From the NCBI RefSeq assembly GCF_009914755.1, contig NC_060938.1: a stretch of 64,000 nt of DNA; one strand, written 5' to 3'. The position numbers and the translations under genes are program-made. How positions within the stretch are numbered: the stretch's first letter is position 1; every line of letters starts with the position of its first letter. A model generated the notes under the pieces. That model saw only the letters and a program-made list of their open reading frames with translations, had not been told where the DNA came from and did not search any database. The DNA comes from the human T2T-CHM13v2.0 reference genome, Homo sapiens. Shown here one piece after another: positions 28,251 to 41,115 of the stretch.

Positions 28251-28259
28251 ATAAGAACA

Positions 28260-28425
28260 TTACATACATATAAATAGGTAGATACACACATATATAGTTG
28301 TTTATATGCTATATATGTTCATATGAATGTATTTGGGCATATATACACATATGTGTATGTTTATGTTTATATACATATGTATGTATATGCACACAAATAG
28401 AGGTTTGTGTATGTGCATATATGTA
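28260..28425. repeat. Degenerate (TA)/(TG)/(CA) low-complexity tract
   Basis: Seen directly. Confidence 0.8.
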
Positions 28426-28623
28426 ATTTGAAGCTAAAAATCAAGGAAACAGATTATTCTCAAGATCCTCCAGAATGAACCAGGCCTGAACACTTTATGA
28501 CTTTAGCCAGTGAGACTGATTTTATACTTCTGACCTTCCAGAATTGTAAGAAAATAACTTTTTGTTGTTTTAAAACACTAAGCTTGTAATGATTTGTTAC
28601 AGTAGCAATAAGAAACTAATACA
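28426..28623 (+). mobile_element. MLT1D-like LTR 3' end
   Basis: CAAGGAAACAGATT...CAGTGAGACTGATTTT..ACTTCTGACCT..CAGAATTGTAAGA...AGAAACTAATACA. Confidence 0.8.
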
Positions 28624-28634
28624 TATACCGTTTA

Positions 28635-29875
28635 GATTTTAGTATTTTATTTTTTTGGTAAAACGTACAAAGATGTACAGACCTTAAGTGTACAATTAGA
28701 CAATTTTTGTAAATGTAAATATGCAAAACCAGGATACAATTGGGATATCAGGATAACCATTATCTTGATGATTTTCAACACCTTTAAAATTATCCTAACA
28801 GCTCTTTCACTGGGACATCCCTTTTGTCTCAGTAAATCACTGAACTGATGTATGTCACCATAGATTATTTTGATTAATGTGAAAGTTTACACAAAGGAGA
28901 CAATACAACATGCATTCTTTTCTGTCTCACTTATTTTGCACAACACGGTATCAGGGTAATTCTTCCATGTGGTTGCACGTATCCACATTCATTTGTATTG
29001 CTAAGCAATATTCTATTGTATCAATATATGACTTTTTATCCATTCACTGATTGATACACATCTTGTTTATTTCTAGTGTTAGACCATTACGGGGAAAAAA
29101 TGGGCCTATCATCCTGAGGCATAGGTTTTAATTTATCCTAGGAAAATACCTAGTAGCAAAAAATGCTTAACCTGGGATAGCTAATCATTTGCCTTTATAA
29201 GGAAGTATCAAACTATTTTCCAAGGTGACTTAATACTTAACACTCTTACAAACAGTATATAAAAATTCCCGTTGTTCCATATTCTAGACAGCACTAGGTA
29301 TTTCAAACTTATTAATTCCAACTATCTAGTATATTGAAAAAGTTGTTTTTATAACTATTGTGAGTTTGTTGAGCTTCTTGAAATTATAAATTTTAGACTT
29401 ATCATCAATGCTCAGCAATTTTACACCATTCGTATTTCATTGCCTTGGTCTCATTCTCTCTCTCCTTTTCTACTGAAGCTCCATTTGTTATAGCACCTGA
29501 TATTTTTCCACAGGTCATAAAAGACCTGATCATTTCATTGCAGTTTTTATTTTATTTGTCATAGCTGATAATTTCTATTAATTTATCTTCTGGGTTATCA
29601 ACACTTTCTTTTATTTTTTCAATATGCAGTTAAGCTCATGTAGTGATTTTTCTTCTTTATATGTAGTTTTTATGATAAATATTTTTATAGTTTTTTAAAA
29701 ATTTGTGATGCTTCTCCATTTGTTACTCATTAGGACTGTATTTTACTTTAGGTCATTGAGGCTATTTATAATATTGTTTAAAAGTCACTTTCTGCTAATT
29801 TTAACATTGTTACATTGCAGTCAATTTCTGCTGACTTATTTTTCTCTCTGTGGGTTCATGAATTTGTTTCTTCAG

Positions 29876-29906
<31 letters not shown>

Positions 29907-30520
29907 GCATTTTAAATTGCATAATATAAATTGTGGATGATACACTGTAGGGTACCTAATTATTTTATATTTCTCATAAGAATTTTGATTATCTTCTTAG
30001 AAGGTTTTTACTTTAATGACACTTAAGTTACAAACTCAATCTCTCTTGAGGGGTGGGGTAAAACCTCCTACTCAGCCTTCTTAATGCCTTAAACTATTGT
30101 TTTCTGACAGAACTTTAGGAAAACCTCCTGCATATGTGTAGTCCACATGTTATTCAAGGATTTCAGTACAGTTTATATGAGCATTTTAAAAATCCCTGTA
30201 CTTCTTCCTTCCTAGGTTCCTTTCTCTAAATTTCCACAAGCTATGATACCCCCAGAATGAATCCTCCAACTCCTGAATCCAATAAAAGTTTGTTTGAATT
30301 TTAGCCACACCAATTTTTTTCTTTGAATTATTACTACACCAGGCTTCATAGATTGGAGAGTGTCCTCAGGTAAAAAGATACATAAATGTGAATATTACAT
30401 ATTGTAATTTCTTTCTTTGATAGGTTATATCTCTTCAATTTCTGTCTGCTTTAGTCACTCTCCAGTGCTGCAAACTAATTTTTTTTCAGCTGGAGCATAT
30501 AACATAACTTTCCTAGTGGA
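28635..30520 (-). mobile_element. Old L1M fragments (L1ME-type 3' end joined to ORF1/5' region)
   Basis: ACAGACCTTAAGTGTACA 3' end; GTTTGTTGAGCTTCTTG antisense ORF1; (TA)n at about 29878-29906. Confidence 0.65.
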
Positions 30521-32404
30521 ACTTGAAATTTTGTTTGTGTGATATTTCTTGCAGACTTCCTAGGGTTTCATTTGCAGGAAGGTATTGTGTGCTCATCTAC
30601 AAATCTATCAATCAACTTGACAAATGACTGCCAAGATAGGCCACACCAAGTGAAGCTTTTGCTCTTCATTCTGAATTGGAGATCAGCCTTCTCTGATGTA
30701 TCTGAAAGCAAGGAAGTGGCAGAAACAAAAGTGGAGTGTCTAGGCCTTACAAAGCGAGATTTAAAAAAATTTATTCTGATATCTCACTTTCCACAAAATT
30801 AACACTGAGAAATGAATATAGAATACCAATCTTTCTGTAAGATTTTTTTTTTTCAAAGTAGATTTTAGAACATTTTAGAACATTCCAGGATAAGTGGATG
30901 GTTGAGTTAGGAGATTCAAAATGCCACAAGATTAATATAGCATACCTTCCAGAAAGGTCAATTATACTTGGTATTATGCAAAACTAAAATATTTGATATT
31001 CAATTTTGGAGTAGAGTGAATATTGAATTGTAGTACCTGCTTTAAATTAATATTTATAAAATAATTATTAAACAATTATACTGAAGCACATTTATCCTTG
31101 CCATTTATACATAACAATCAAAATATTAATTATGCAATCAATATTTATAAACTATAGGTATAAACATTTGTATTTTACCAAAAGTAAACAAAATTGATTG
31201 ATTTTAGCATAAAACAAATGTTTTTCTAGTAGCATGGCTTCCATTAAATGTTTTACCTTATTTTATAACACGTTAAAATATTTTTCTTTAATCTTTTTTT
31301 TCTCTTTTCATGTAGACTGCCTTCATTGATTTAAAGACAGTACTCTTGATTTATTCTATTTCACCTTTCCTTTTCATCAGGTCTGCTCCTAATGTCCTTT
31401 AATGATGTACATTATTAATGCTGACAAAAACTAAGACAAATATAAATTTTATGCTCATGTGGAAGACAAATTTGTAAAGTCAAGTTATCATTATTTCATA
31501 ATTTATTACCTGGGTAAAAAGCTGCCACATAACATCTGGCTGATTCTTTGCAACACAGCTTTAATAATCAGATATTAGTTACGGGATTGACTTTTTTGAA
31601 TTATCAGGAAGATATGTTATTGATTTGTAAAATTTAAAATGCAAAAACAGTTTTAATGTAGCAAATTCCTGGGCTATAGAAAAGTAAGACAATTATTGAT
31701 AACCTTTGCTGATTCATTGTCTTATTTGGTCAAAGACCAAAGTGTTTTGATTTATTGCAGGAAAGTACCAGAGGGAAAATACTTCCATTTTTCCTCTTGA
31801 CAAACATCAATTGTTGATAGGCTAGCTGAAGTCACATTTATCAACTTATGCTCTGCTGCAGGAGAATTCTATTGAATTATAAAGTATTCCAGATTCACTA
31901 AAACCACTAGAGTCACAGACATAGGCTTTCTATAAAATACAGTGTGCATTTGTCAGTCTTTCCTTGTTTACTTTCCTTTAGTCCCATTTTCACCACAGCT
32001 GGGTTACTTGGTGCCAACCAGAACTCTGCCTCCCTCCACCTTAAACTATAAATCTTTATGCAAGGCAAGAAGAATTCAATGCTGTTTAGTCCAGTTACCT
32101 GATACTGTGTTTCAGATTTGTTAGTAGCCTGTGATCAATTCTCACAGTAGAGTTTTTACTTTTTTTACGCTGGAGATTTCACCACCATCTTCTTACTTAA
32201 CATCACAAACATCTAGACAAACTCCCTCCTGTTTCGTCAATTTTACTAAAAGAATTTCATTGTATGCTCTCAACTCAAGTTCTCTCTTATTCAGGATTTT
32301 GTCTTATCCCATTTCTTTATTGTGTATCTATTTACTTAATCCTGATAGATTTAAATTAGCCACTTAGGATTCTTTAATAGAGTATCTTTTAATTTCTGCT
32401 TTTT

Positions 32405-33160
32405 AGGCAGTGGCAAAATAAATGTAAAATTTACCATTTGAACCATTTTTAAGTGTACAATTCAGTGGCATTAAGTACATTCATATTGTTGTGAAATCAT
32501 CATCACCATCCATCTCCAGAACTTTTTCATCATCCCAAACAAAAATCTATGCTTATTAAAAAATAATTCCTTATTTCCTTCTCTTTTTAGGCCCTCAGAA
32601 GCCCTATTTCTCTTTTTGTCTCTACAGTTGACTTTTCTAGGTAATTTATATAAATAGAATGAAGCAGTAGTTGTACTTTTGTGACTGGCTTATTTTACTT
32701 AGCATGTTATAAGGTTCATCCATGTTGTAGCATATGTCAGAATTTCATGTCTTTTTAAGGCTGAATCATATTACATTATTTACCACATTATTCCACATAT
32801 TTATTCTATCTGTTAATGGACATTTGGTTTGCTTTCACATTTTTCTATTGTGAGTAATGCTGATATGAACATTGGATTACAAATATCTCTTCAAGTTCTT
32901 CCTTTCAATTACGTGTGTATATACCTAAAAGTGGAAGTGTTAGATCACATGATAATTCTGTTCTTCATTTTTTGAAGAAATACCATACAGTCTTCCTCAG
33001 TAGCTGTGCCATTTTACATTCTCACCAGCAATATGCAAGCGTTTCAATTTCTCCACATTCTTGCCAACACTTATTTTATTTTTTTATAATAGACATCCTA
33101 ATGGGTGTGAATTGGTATCTTCTTATGGTTTTGATTTGCACTCCCAATGTTTAGTGTCAT
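32405..33160 (-). mobile_element. L1MB-type 3' end
   Basis: AAAATTTACCATTTGAACCATTTTTAAGTGTACAATTCAGTGGCATTAAGTACATTCA. Confidence 0.9.
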
Positions 33161-33559
33161 GACTAATTTTAACTGAATAATTATTATGCCTTTGGTATTC
33201 AGTGTTTAATATAGCATTAAATTACAGTAACATCATTATCTAGTACTTTCAGACTTAAATATTCAGTCTAAATCATTTTCTACATAAATGAATGTTATTT
33301 CTTTAAAGATGTCATTTACTTTTTGCATTACAGGAAATACGTTGTGAAAATTCCAAAGTTTTTCCTGATAATTATTCGCTAGATAAATGTATACTGGAAA
33401 AATCAGACATTTTGGGATCAAACAGAAACATCTTGACATATGCCTCTGCTTCCTAAATTTAATGAATGAGGACAACTATATAAACATCCCAATCTCAATT
33501 TCTTCATCTAAAAATAAAGAAACAAAAAATGCTGACATCATATGGTCTAAACCAAGGGT

Positions 33560-34012
33560 TATTGGGGTAGCTTGATTACTTTTCAGTAAATATGAAATGC
33601 TTTCTTCTTCTTTGGGTGGAGTATACCTACCTGGGGTTGGGTATACTACATTCCTGGTGTTGGGCTTAGACATGTAAGATGATTTGGCCAATGAAATGTT
33701 AGTGGATTATTTCAAGCAGGCCTTAATGCGATTGCCCAGTTTGGCTTAGATCTTGTGATTAATTTATTGTGAGAACAATATACCAGAGGTATCTGCTGAT
33801 CCACAGGTATTGAGGTTCACTTGTCGCTGACCTGATCCTAATCCACTGCCTTGAGCGAAGCCTATCTTGCTGCAGAGCTAAGCTTAGCCTGAATCAGTTA
33901 AACTGCAGTCAATCTGGAAACCAGTGTGATAACCATTTTTTTGTTTTGTAAGTCACTGAACTTGTGACTATCGCTGCATTAGGTACGCTATTGCATGAGC
34001 AGATAATAGACA
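33560..34012 (+). mobile_element. MLT1I/J-like LTR
   Basis: TTGGCCAATGAAATGTTAGTGGA...TGTAAGTCACTGA...ATAGACA. Confidence 0.65.
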
Positions 34013-34286
34013 CAGTTGTTATTTTTTTCCATGATATTTATAGCCTAGTGAATCATAATAGATGCATTTTCAGAATAATGTCTTACATTTTTTAAAATTA
34101 AATATAATTACCAAAGAAACCAACAACATTGAAATACCAAATATTTTATAAAATTTAATTTGGAAGAGAGTACTATGGGTGCTTCTTTGTTTACATGTTA
34201 AATAACAAGATATATCAGTAAGCCTATTAACTAACACAATTTTCAAGATGATAAAGCTAACAATATGTTTAAATCTATACAACTTC

Positions 34287-34324
34287 TGTAATAATTGTAT
34301 AAAATTGTAATAATTGTATAAAAT
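34287..34324. repeat. Perfect 19-bp tandem duplication
   Basis: TGTAATAATTGTATAAAAT twice. Confidence 0.9.
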
Positions 34325-34429
34325 ATATGCAATTTCTATTGGGGAGAAAATCACTATAAGTGTTAAATTGCTAAGACATATGGTTTCTATTTATAATTGA
34401 AGGATATGTTAAATTGAAGTGAAAATGAA

Positions 34430-34565
34430 GAGCAATTTTTATAACTTCCTTGCATGCCACTTTCTTCATCTCTGAGTTGATGTCTTTTGATTGTTAACTA
34501 GGGCATTGTATGAGAAGTGCTTAGCATAATGCCTAGTATTATAAGATATTCAGTAATTGTTCATG
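34430..34565 (+). mobile_element. MIR remnant
   Basis: TTTCTTCATCTCTGA...AAGTGCTTAGCATAATGCCTAG. Confidence 0.6.
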
Positions 34566-36187
34566 TATGTAGCTTAGTCATGGTCACTACCAAAAAGTTT
34601 ACACATATATTTTGAATATGAGACCAACTGTGAGAACAACTATAGTATTTGAACCTTACCACCACAACAGAACAGATCACACTGTACCTTAAGTGTCTAG
34701 GGACTATAAAGAATACTAGAGTTTAATTCTGACAGTATTAACAAATTCTTCTTTATCAAAGTACTTAAGCAGAATGAAGACTCAGCTTGAACATAAATAG
34801 GAAAGTCAGTTGAGGGCATGCAAAGGAAAAGGCAAATAGAAGTCTGTGGTTACAGTACAGACATATCAGGGTATTGAGAATATGACACTCGGAAGGTAAG
34901 TTATTCCCATAGTGTCAAATTGTGGTGAATATTAAACTAGGATATTTTGGTTTATTTCTGTAAGTGGTCAGGAATCATGAGATACACAAATTTTTGTTTG
35001 CAGACAACAATTATTGTTAGAGGATTCGGTATTTTCAGAGAAAGTACTCATAATTCTGCAATAAAGAAATAGTAGGAAATAAGAACTTGAAATATGGCAA
35101 TAAAAATTTCAAGGAATTCACAAATGCAAGACATGTTTAAATCCAATTCTCAAGTTATAATAGAAAGATTCAATCTCATCCTGAGAAATTATTCATATGA
35201 TTTTTTGCCTCTGTATGAGACTATGTGATTATCATATGTAAGTGCATGTACACACATACACACACCCAAATTTGCATAAAAAGTGTAATGAAAACTTCCT
35301 ATACACCCTATACCTTTTGCATCCCTCATTATAGGAGATAGTATTATGACAACTTTTCTTTTTCAGGATTCCATTATTTATAAATGTAAATAAGAATGTC
35401 ACTTTGATTTAAACTCATAGTCACTTGGAGACTGAGATTAAATAGCATTTGCCCAAGATTATTCAAATATCAAATAGAATTTTAAGTGCATTTTGAAATC
35501 CCAAATCAACATAACAACACTGGTAGAAATAAATTTTTCAGTTTGCACCTTAAGTGCCCAAAGTCTCTGTTCTTAGCAGAATACGATAAAACACTGAATT
35601 TTATCTGAGATGAAGGCAAGTGAGAAGGTTAAAAATTTAAGCAAGTCATCATGTAATCTGATATCTGGGAGCGAGTACAGAACAAAGAAATAAGTAATGG
35701 TTAGAAATTTTGAAGACCAAGCTTACTTTTATTTCTCAACAATGGTGTGAAATCATCTAATCTTTAAAAGCAAAATGAATATAATACTTCTTACCTCATG
35801 AACCTGTTTTAAGAATTATAAGATTAATATTTGCAAAGCTATTAATATATGCAGCTTATAGGATGCTTTCAAGGATTAAATTGGAAAACTGAATCTTGTC
35901 AAACACTTCCATTCACAGCATCACCAAATCCATGTTAGCTGTCTGCACATCTTATAAGAAAGAGGTAGAAATCTAGAGAAAAACTACAAAGAAAAGAGAA
36001 GTAGACAAAGATTGATGAAAACAATCCCCAGAAAGTCTACCCTATGTAGTAAAATAATGAAAAAATTCATTGGCACATCAGAGCACTTACTCCAGAGAAG
36101 AGACTTAAAAGTGTACAGGGTACATGAGAATGCAGTCTTGGAATTATAATGCCCTAAGGATAGAAATAAAGCAAGTGTGAAGTATCC

Positions 36188-36623
36188 TCGTGTGGTTTGG
36201 AACTGTGTCCCCGAAAAATCTCATGTTGAATTTTAATCCCCACCGTTGGAGGGTGGCCTGGTGGGAGGCCTGGTGGGAGGAGAAATCCATGGGGATGGAT
36301 TTCTAATGAATGGTTTAGTACCATCCATTTGCTGCTGTTCTCATGACAGTGAGTGAGTTCTTGTGGCATCTGGTTGTTTAAAAGTGTGTAGCATCTCCCC
36401 ACTCACACTCTCTCTCTTGCTCCTGCTCTGGCCATCTGATGTGTCTGTTCCCCGTTTGCCTTCTGCCATGACTGGAAGCTTTCTGAGCCTTCCCCAGAAG
36501 CAGATGCTGACATGCTTCCTCTATAGCCTGCAGAACTATGAGCCAATTAAAACTCTGGTTTTTATATAAAAAAATGACCCAGTGTGTTATTTCTTTATAG
36601 CAATGTGAGAATGAACTGATACA
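36188..36623 (+). mobile_element. MSTA solo LTR
   Basis: Full-length match to recalled MSTA, ending CTGATACA; 5-bp TSD tatcc/taccc; internal 12-bp duplication GGCCTGGTGGGA. Confidence 0.93.
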
Positions 36624-37039
36624 TACCCTAAGGGAAATAAGCACTGAAGAGGAAGGCGACTGTTAACAAGGAGAAAAAGAAACTTAGAATGGGAAAGGAC
36701 ATAAGAAAATTAAACATGGAAAGAAACAAAACATCCCCAAATTTTCCTCAAAACAAACAAATATTCATCCACTAAAGAAACCATATTTTGCTTTACTAAA
36801 AGAAAAGATTGCTCTTGAACTAGAAATCTGGTAACAAATAAAAGGTCAGGTCTACCCACGGAAATGAAAAAATATAGACTGTTTTCACGTATATAAAAAT
36901 TTTTTTAAAAACAGGAAATGATAATCCCAATAATTCAGCAGATACCACCCAACCAGTGGCAAAGTAGAAGTGATATATAATGTAGCACTTTGTGATGGAT
37001 TAAATGTTTTCTCTATAATCTGTTTATCTGGCCAGTGGA

Positions 37040-37212
37040 CATGGGAAGAGAGCATGAGTAGAAGACTACAAAAAAGCTTTTAAGAGTCATGTCTGAAAAT
37101 AGTATGCATCACCTTCTTACATATCCCAGTGGCTCCCTCTAATTACATGGCATCATCTAGATCCAGTAGAGCTGATAGCTATGCTCTAGCCATATCAAGG
37201 AAAGAAACACAT

Positions 37213-37248
<36 letters not shown>

Positions 37249-37330
37249 TTATATATATATATATACACATTATACATATATATACACATTATATATATAT
37301 TGGTGAGAACCAGTAGTCACTCTCATGACA
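37040..37330 (-). mobile_element. MLT1J/K-like LTR fragment containing an expanded (TA)n tract (37211-37300)
   Basis: TTACATGGCATCATCTAG...CTAGC...TATTGGTGAG..CCAGTAGTC..GACA. Confidence 0.55.
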
Positions 37331-38308
37331 TACGTAATGGGCTACGATTTTGCCAGCATGGCTTAATTAAGGTGGTGAGAGTGAGTATAATAAATAAGGT
37401 AAAGGAAAAAAACAAGGTTTAGACCAGCATCAGAGAGGGATCTGATTTGGATTTTTTTTTATTATTGCTTATAAAATAATGAGATCCCCTATGAACGAAT
37501 CAAAGGATAAAGTCCTGGTATGCTCCAAAACATGGAATGAAAGTGAAGAGCAGAAGCCAAAAACAACAACAACAAACAGTAAAAGAGATATATGAAAGTT
37601 GATGAAAAAACAAAGCAGAGACACAGTTAAAAAATTCTAGAAAACTCCTTCCAAATGAGGATAATAAATTATGGCAAATGCTACTGAGAGGCTAACTTAG
37701 ATGTGAACATAGAAACAATTAAATTATGACATGATAATATTATTCAGTGACCTATTTAGTGAAGTCATCAGGGATAAAAGACAACTAGAATGAGTAACAG
37801 AATGGGTGACTAAGAAGGGAGACAGTGATTCAGACTAGTCCTTCAGGCTTTCCTTAATAGACCATTACTGTAAAATCAACAACCATGTTAACTCAACTTC
37901 CATTACTTACTGTGTTGCAGGCATTAAAGGAAGCACTAGAAAAAATAAATGAAACATAAATTCAATTCTCAAGAAACTTACAATTTGGTGGGTAGCCCAT
38001 TCAGTCAGATAAAATAATAAATCCCATTTAATGTTTTAGGATTTTTACTATCTGTAGAGAACATGGCACACTAGGGACACCAAGAAGGACATTATCAGCT
38101 CAGTTTAATTAAGTATTTTATTATCTCTGAAGGTAAGTAGTGAATAATGTCTATCCTATCTGCTGTCAAACCTGAAGTATATTACCAGCCTGACTGTTAT
38201 TTTTAGCTCTGTCATATATTCATGTATTTAAGTTTCTTTTAAATACAGTTTTACCATTTGCCTCTATAATTTTTGATATGAAGAAATTATTAGACTCCAT
38301 TTACTATA

Positions 38309-38863
38309 TGATATGTTTTGGATCTGTGTCCCCACCAAATCTTGTGTCAAATTGTAATCCCCAGTGTTGGAGGTGGGGCCTGGTGGGAGGTGATTGGATT
38401 ATGGGGGTGTATTACTCATGAATGATTTAACACCATCCCCCTTGGTACCATGGTTTTGATAGTGAGGGAGTTCTCCTGAGATCTGGTTGTTTCAAAGTGC
38501 TTAGCACCTCTATCCCCATCTTTTGCTCCTGTTGGGCCATGTAAGATGTGTGTGCTTCCCCTTCACCTTTGCCATGATTGTAAGTTTCTAAGACCTCCCC
38601 AGAAGCAAGAGCTACTATGCTTTCCGTACAACCTGCAGAACCATGAGCCAATTAAACCTCCTTTTTACCCATTAAAGTTAATGGGTGCAGCACACCAACA
38701 TGGCACATGTATACATATGTAACAAACCTGCACGTTGTGCACATGTACCCTAAAACTTAAAGTATAATAATAATAAAATTTTTAAAAAACCTCTTTTTTT
38801 AAAAAAAAAATATTACCCAGTTTCAGGTATTTCTTTATGGCAATGCAAGAATGGACTAATACC
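38309..38863 (+). mobile_element. MSTA solo LTR interrupted by L1PA
   Basis: TGATATGTTTTGGATCTGTGTCCCCACCAAATC...GCAATGCAAGAATGGACTAATAC. Confidence 0.95.
38667..38786 (+). mobile_element. L1PA3/4-like insertion of about 120 bp with a 5' inverted micro-duplication
   Basis: AGTTAATGGGTGCAGCACACCAACATGGCACATG...TAAAACTTAAAGTATAAT; 13-bp TSD aaacctc(c/t)ttttt at 38654-38666 and 38787-38799. Confidence 0.96.
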
Positions 38864-39659
38864 ATGTATAATATTGCATTTATTTCTGTAACCTCCATAT
38901 TCCCTTCCATTTCTTTCACTTTGTCACCAGATTATACTTATCAGTCTGATTAAATCTTTTGCCAAAGGTCATCATAGAGTTCATGATCAATTATTGTGCT
39001 TCAATGTAGTTTTAAGAATAATATTGTATAAGATTTTTAAAATATATGATTTTTAAATGAATTCAACAAATGTGATTTTTGTGAAATTATTGTGCTTGGT
39101 ATTACCAGGCAATTAATTTTCCATCTTTTTCCTTTGATCTGAGATAAATGAAGTGGAACATGTTACTAAATAGGATTTTGTTCTTGTTAAGCCATATGAT
39201 GATTATATATTGAATTATTTCCAAATTAAGCTCCAAATACAATATACATGACAAACATATTTAAGATTAGTATTCCTTATTCAAAGAATAACCTCAATAA
39301 TACATGCTGAAAAGAATCGATGAGAATAAATATTTCATAATCTTTAAAAATTCCATTACATTTCATTTACTTCATATGGAAAATTCATAAAACTCATAAA
39401 TAATTAAAACTAAATTATGTTTATCAAAGTAAATTAAAACATAATATTTTATACATTTTTGTGTTTGTTTACCTAATTGTTTTTCACCAAAATCAGTAAT
39501 TTGCAGTATTTCTTCTCAACATGAATATATATAAAAGGCATCAATCATTCTTAAATTTTGTGTATAGAATCTTTATTGTTAATCCTGTTATTTTTCCCCC
39601 AAAAATATTTTTACAAGTGCATCATTTTGTTTTTGGATGCTCTTCTTAAAAGCAAAACA

Positions 39660-39965
39660 GATTGGGTGCAGTGTCTCATGCCTGTAATCCCAGCACTTTG
39701 GGAGGCTGAGGCTGATCACCTGAGGTCAGGAGTTTGAGACCAGCCTGGACAACATGGCGAAAACTTGTCTCTACTAAAAATACAAAAATTAGACAGGCGA
39801 GGTGGCCCGTGCCTGTAATCCTAGCTACTCAGGAGGCTGAGGCACGGGAATCACTTGAACTTGGGAGGTGGAGATTGCAGTGAGCCAAGATCATGCCATT
39901 GCTCTCCAGCCTGGGTGACAAAGCAAGACTCTGTCTCAAAATAAAACAAAATAAAATAAAATAAA
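39660..39965 (+). mobile_element. AluSx-like
   Basis: Dimeric Alu with (AAAAT)n tail. Confidence 0.95.
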
Positions 39966-40139
39966 CATACCCTAAAATTTAATTGACTGCTCTCAGTTTC
40001 TAGTTCTTTCACACTTGTGTAAAGAGAGTTGTTGCTTCATCATTTTCTGAAAAAGCAGACTTTAAACAATTGAATGAAATCAGTTGTTAGCAAAGAAAGG
40101 AGAAGCCATTGGAAATAGCCTACATATGCCCCATTCCAT

Positions 40140-40233
40140 TTTTTCATTTTATTTATTTATTATTCATTTTATTGATACATAATAGTTGTACATATTAATG
40201 GGGTGAATGGGATATTTTGATACATGCGTATGA
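40140..40233 (-). mobile_element. L1MA-type 3' tail (about 90 bp)
   Basis: TTATTGATACATAATAGTTGTACATATT..TGGGGT...GATATTTTGATACATGC. Confidence 0.8.
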
Positions 40234-40559
40234 CGTGGTTCTGATGAAAGTGTTTTCCCATAAGCGAGTTTTAGATACATGTCACATTTAGAACTTACAT
40301 TGTTTGTAAATATATTATAAACCATATTGAGCTCACCACAGAACTACAGTAAAAGCCCTAGAGATTATAGTCCAACCCCTTTTACTTGTAACCCAGTGAG
40401 TTTGTAACTCTTCTACATTGCATAGAACTCTAAAGAGAATACCCCCAATTTGATATGAATCAAGCATTTCCTCCTTAGTTATACTGTATGTATGATTATC
40501 TCTAGTAGCAGAGTATCTAGTAGTACAACATGAAGTGTAAAACTGTTTATTTCATGCCT

Positions 40560-41115
40560 CTGTCGAGTCCCTCAATGGTTTTTCCCTCTCCCAGTGAGGG
40601 CCGAGGCCCCTGATCATAATCTAGAAGCTAGAAGGCTCTTAGGATCTGGCCTTTGGTTTCGTCTGTCCTCATCTGTGATTCTTCCTGCCTTTCTCCTCTG
40701 TCTTGTAGTCATACTCTTCTCCCTCCTGTTCCTTCACAACATCAGGCACATCATCTGCTCTGGTCTTTGTTCTGACTCTTACCTCTCTTTCTGCGCTCTT
40801 CCCCTAGATGTCCATACAGTTAGATCCCTCACTTCCTTCTTGTTCTTAAATAAAAATCTTGTCTATAAACCTTACACAAGATGTCAACAATCTCCCACTG
40901 ACATTTCTTATCCTGTTTCCCACGTTCATATGTTTCCCCTCAGCTATTTGGATCAAATAACATAATAACTGTTTAGTACATGCTATTTGTTTTCTTTCTC
41001 TCACTTCAAAATATAAACTTCATGAAAATAAGGAGTTTTGCTTGTTTGGTTTACTACTAATGACATCCCCTTCATCTACTATGCTGCCTAAAACGGTACC
41101 CTCTCAACAACAACT
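40560..41115 (+). mobile_element. L2a 3' region
   Basis: Pyrimidine-rich L2 3' region (GATCTGGCC...CTGTTCCT...TCCCTCACTTCCTTC); explains ORF 40594-40965. Confidence 0.7.

Noticed and set aside
33620-33647. Small hairpin AGTATACC...GGTATACT
   Set aside because: An 8-bp stem inside an old LTR; too short for a pre-miRNA and compatible with chance.
36188-38863. Two same-orientation MSTA LTRs about 1.7 kb apart, resembling a full MST provirus
   Set aside because: The intervening DNA lacks the MST-int start and contains MLT1, L2 and (TA)n pieces; the first LTR has its own TSD. These are two independent solo LTRs.
40594-40965. Hydrophobic 123-aa ORF resembling a membrane protein
   Set aside because: It is a translation of the pyrimidine-rich L2 3' region with a GTG start.
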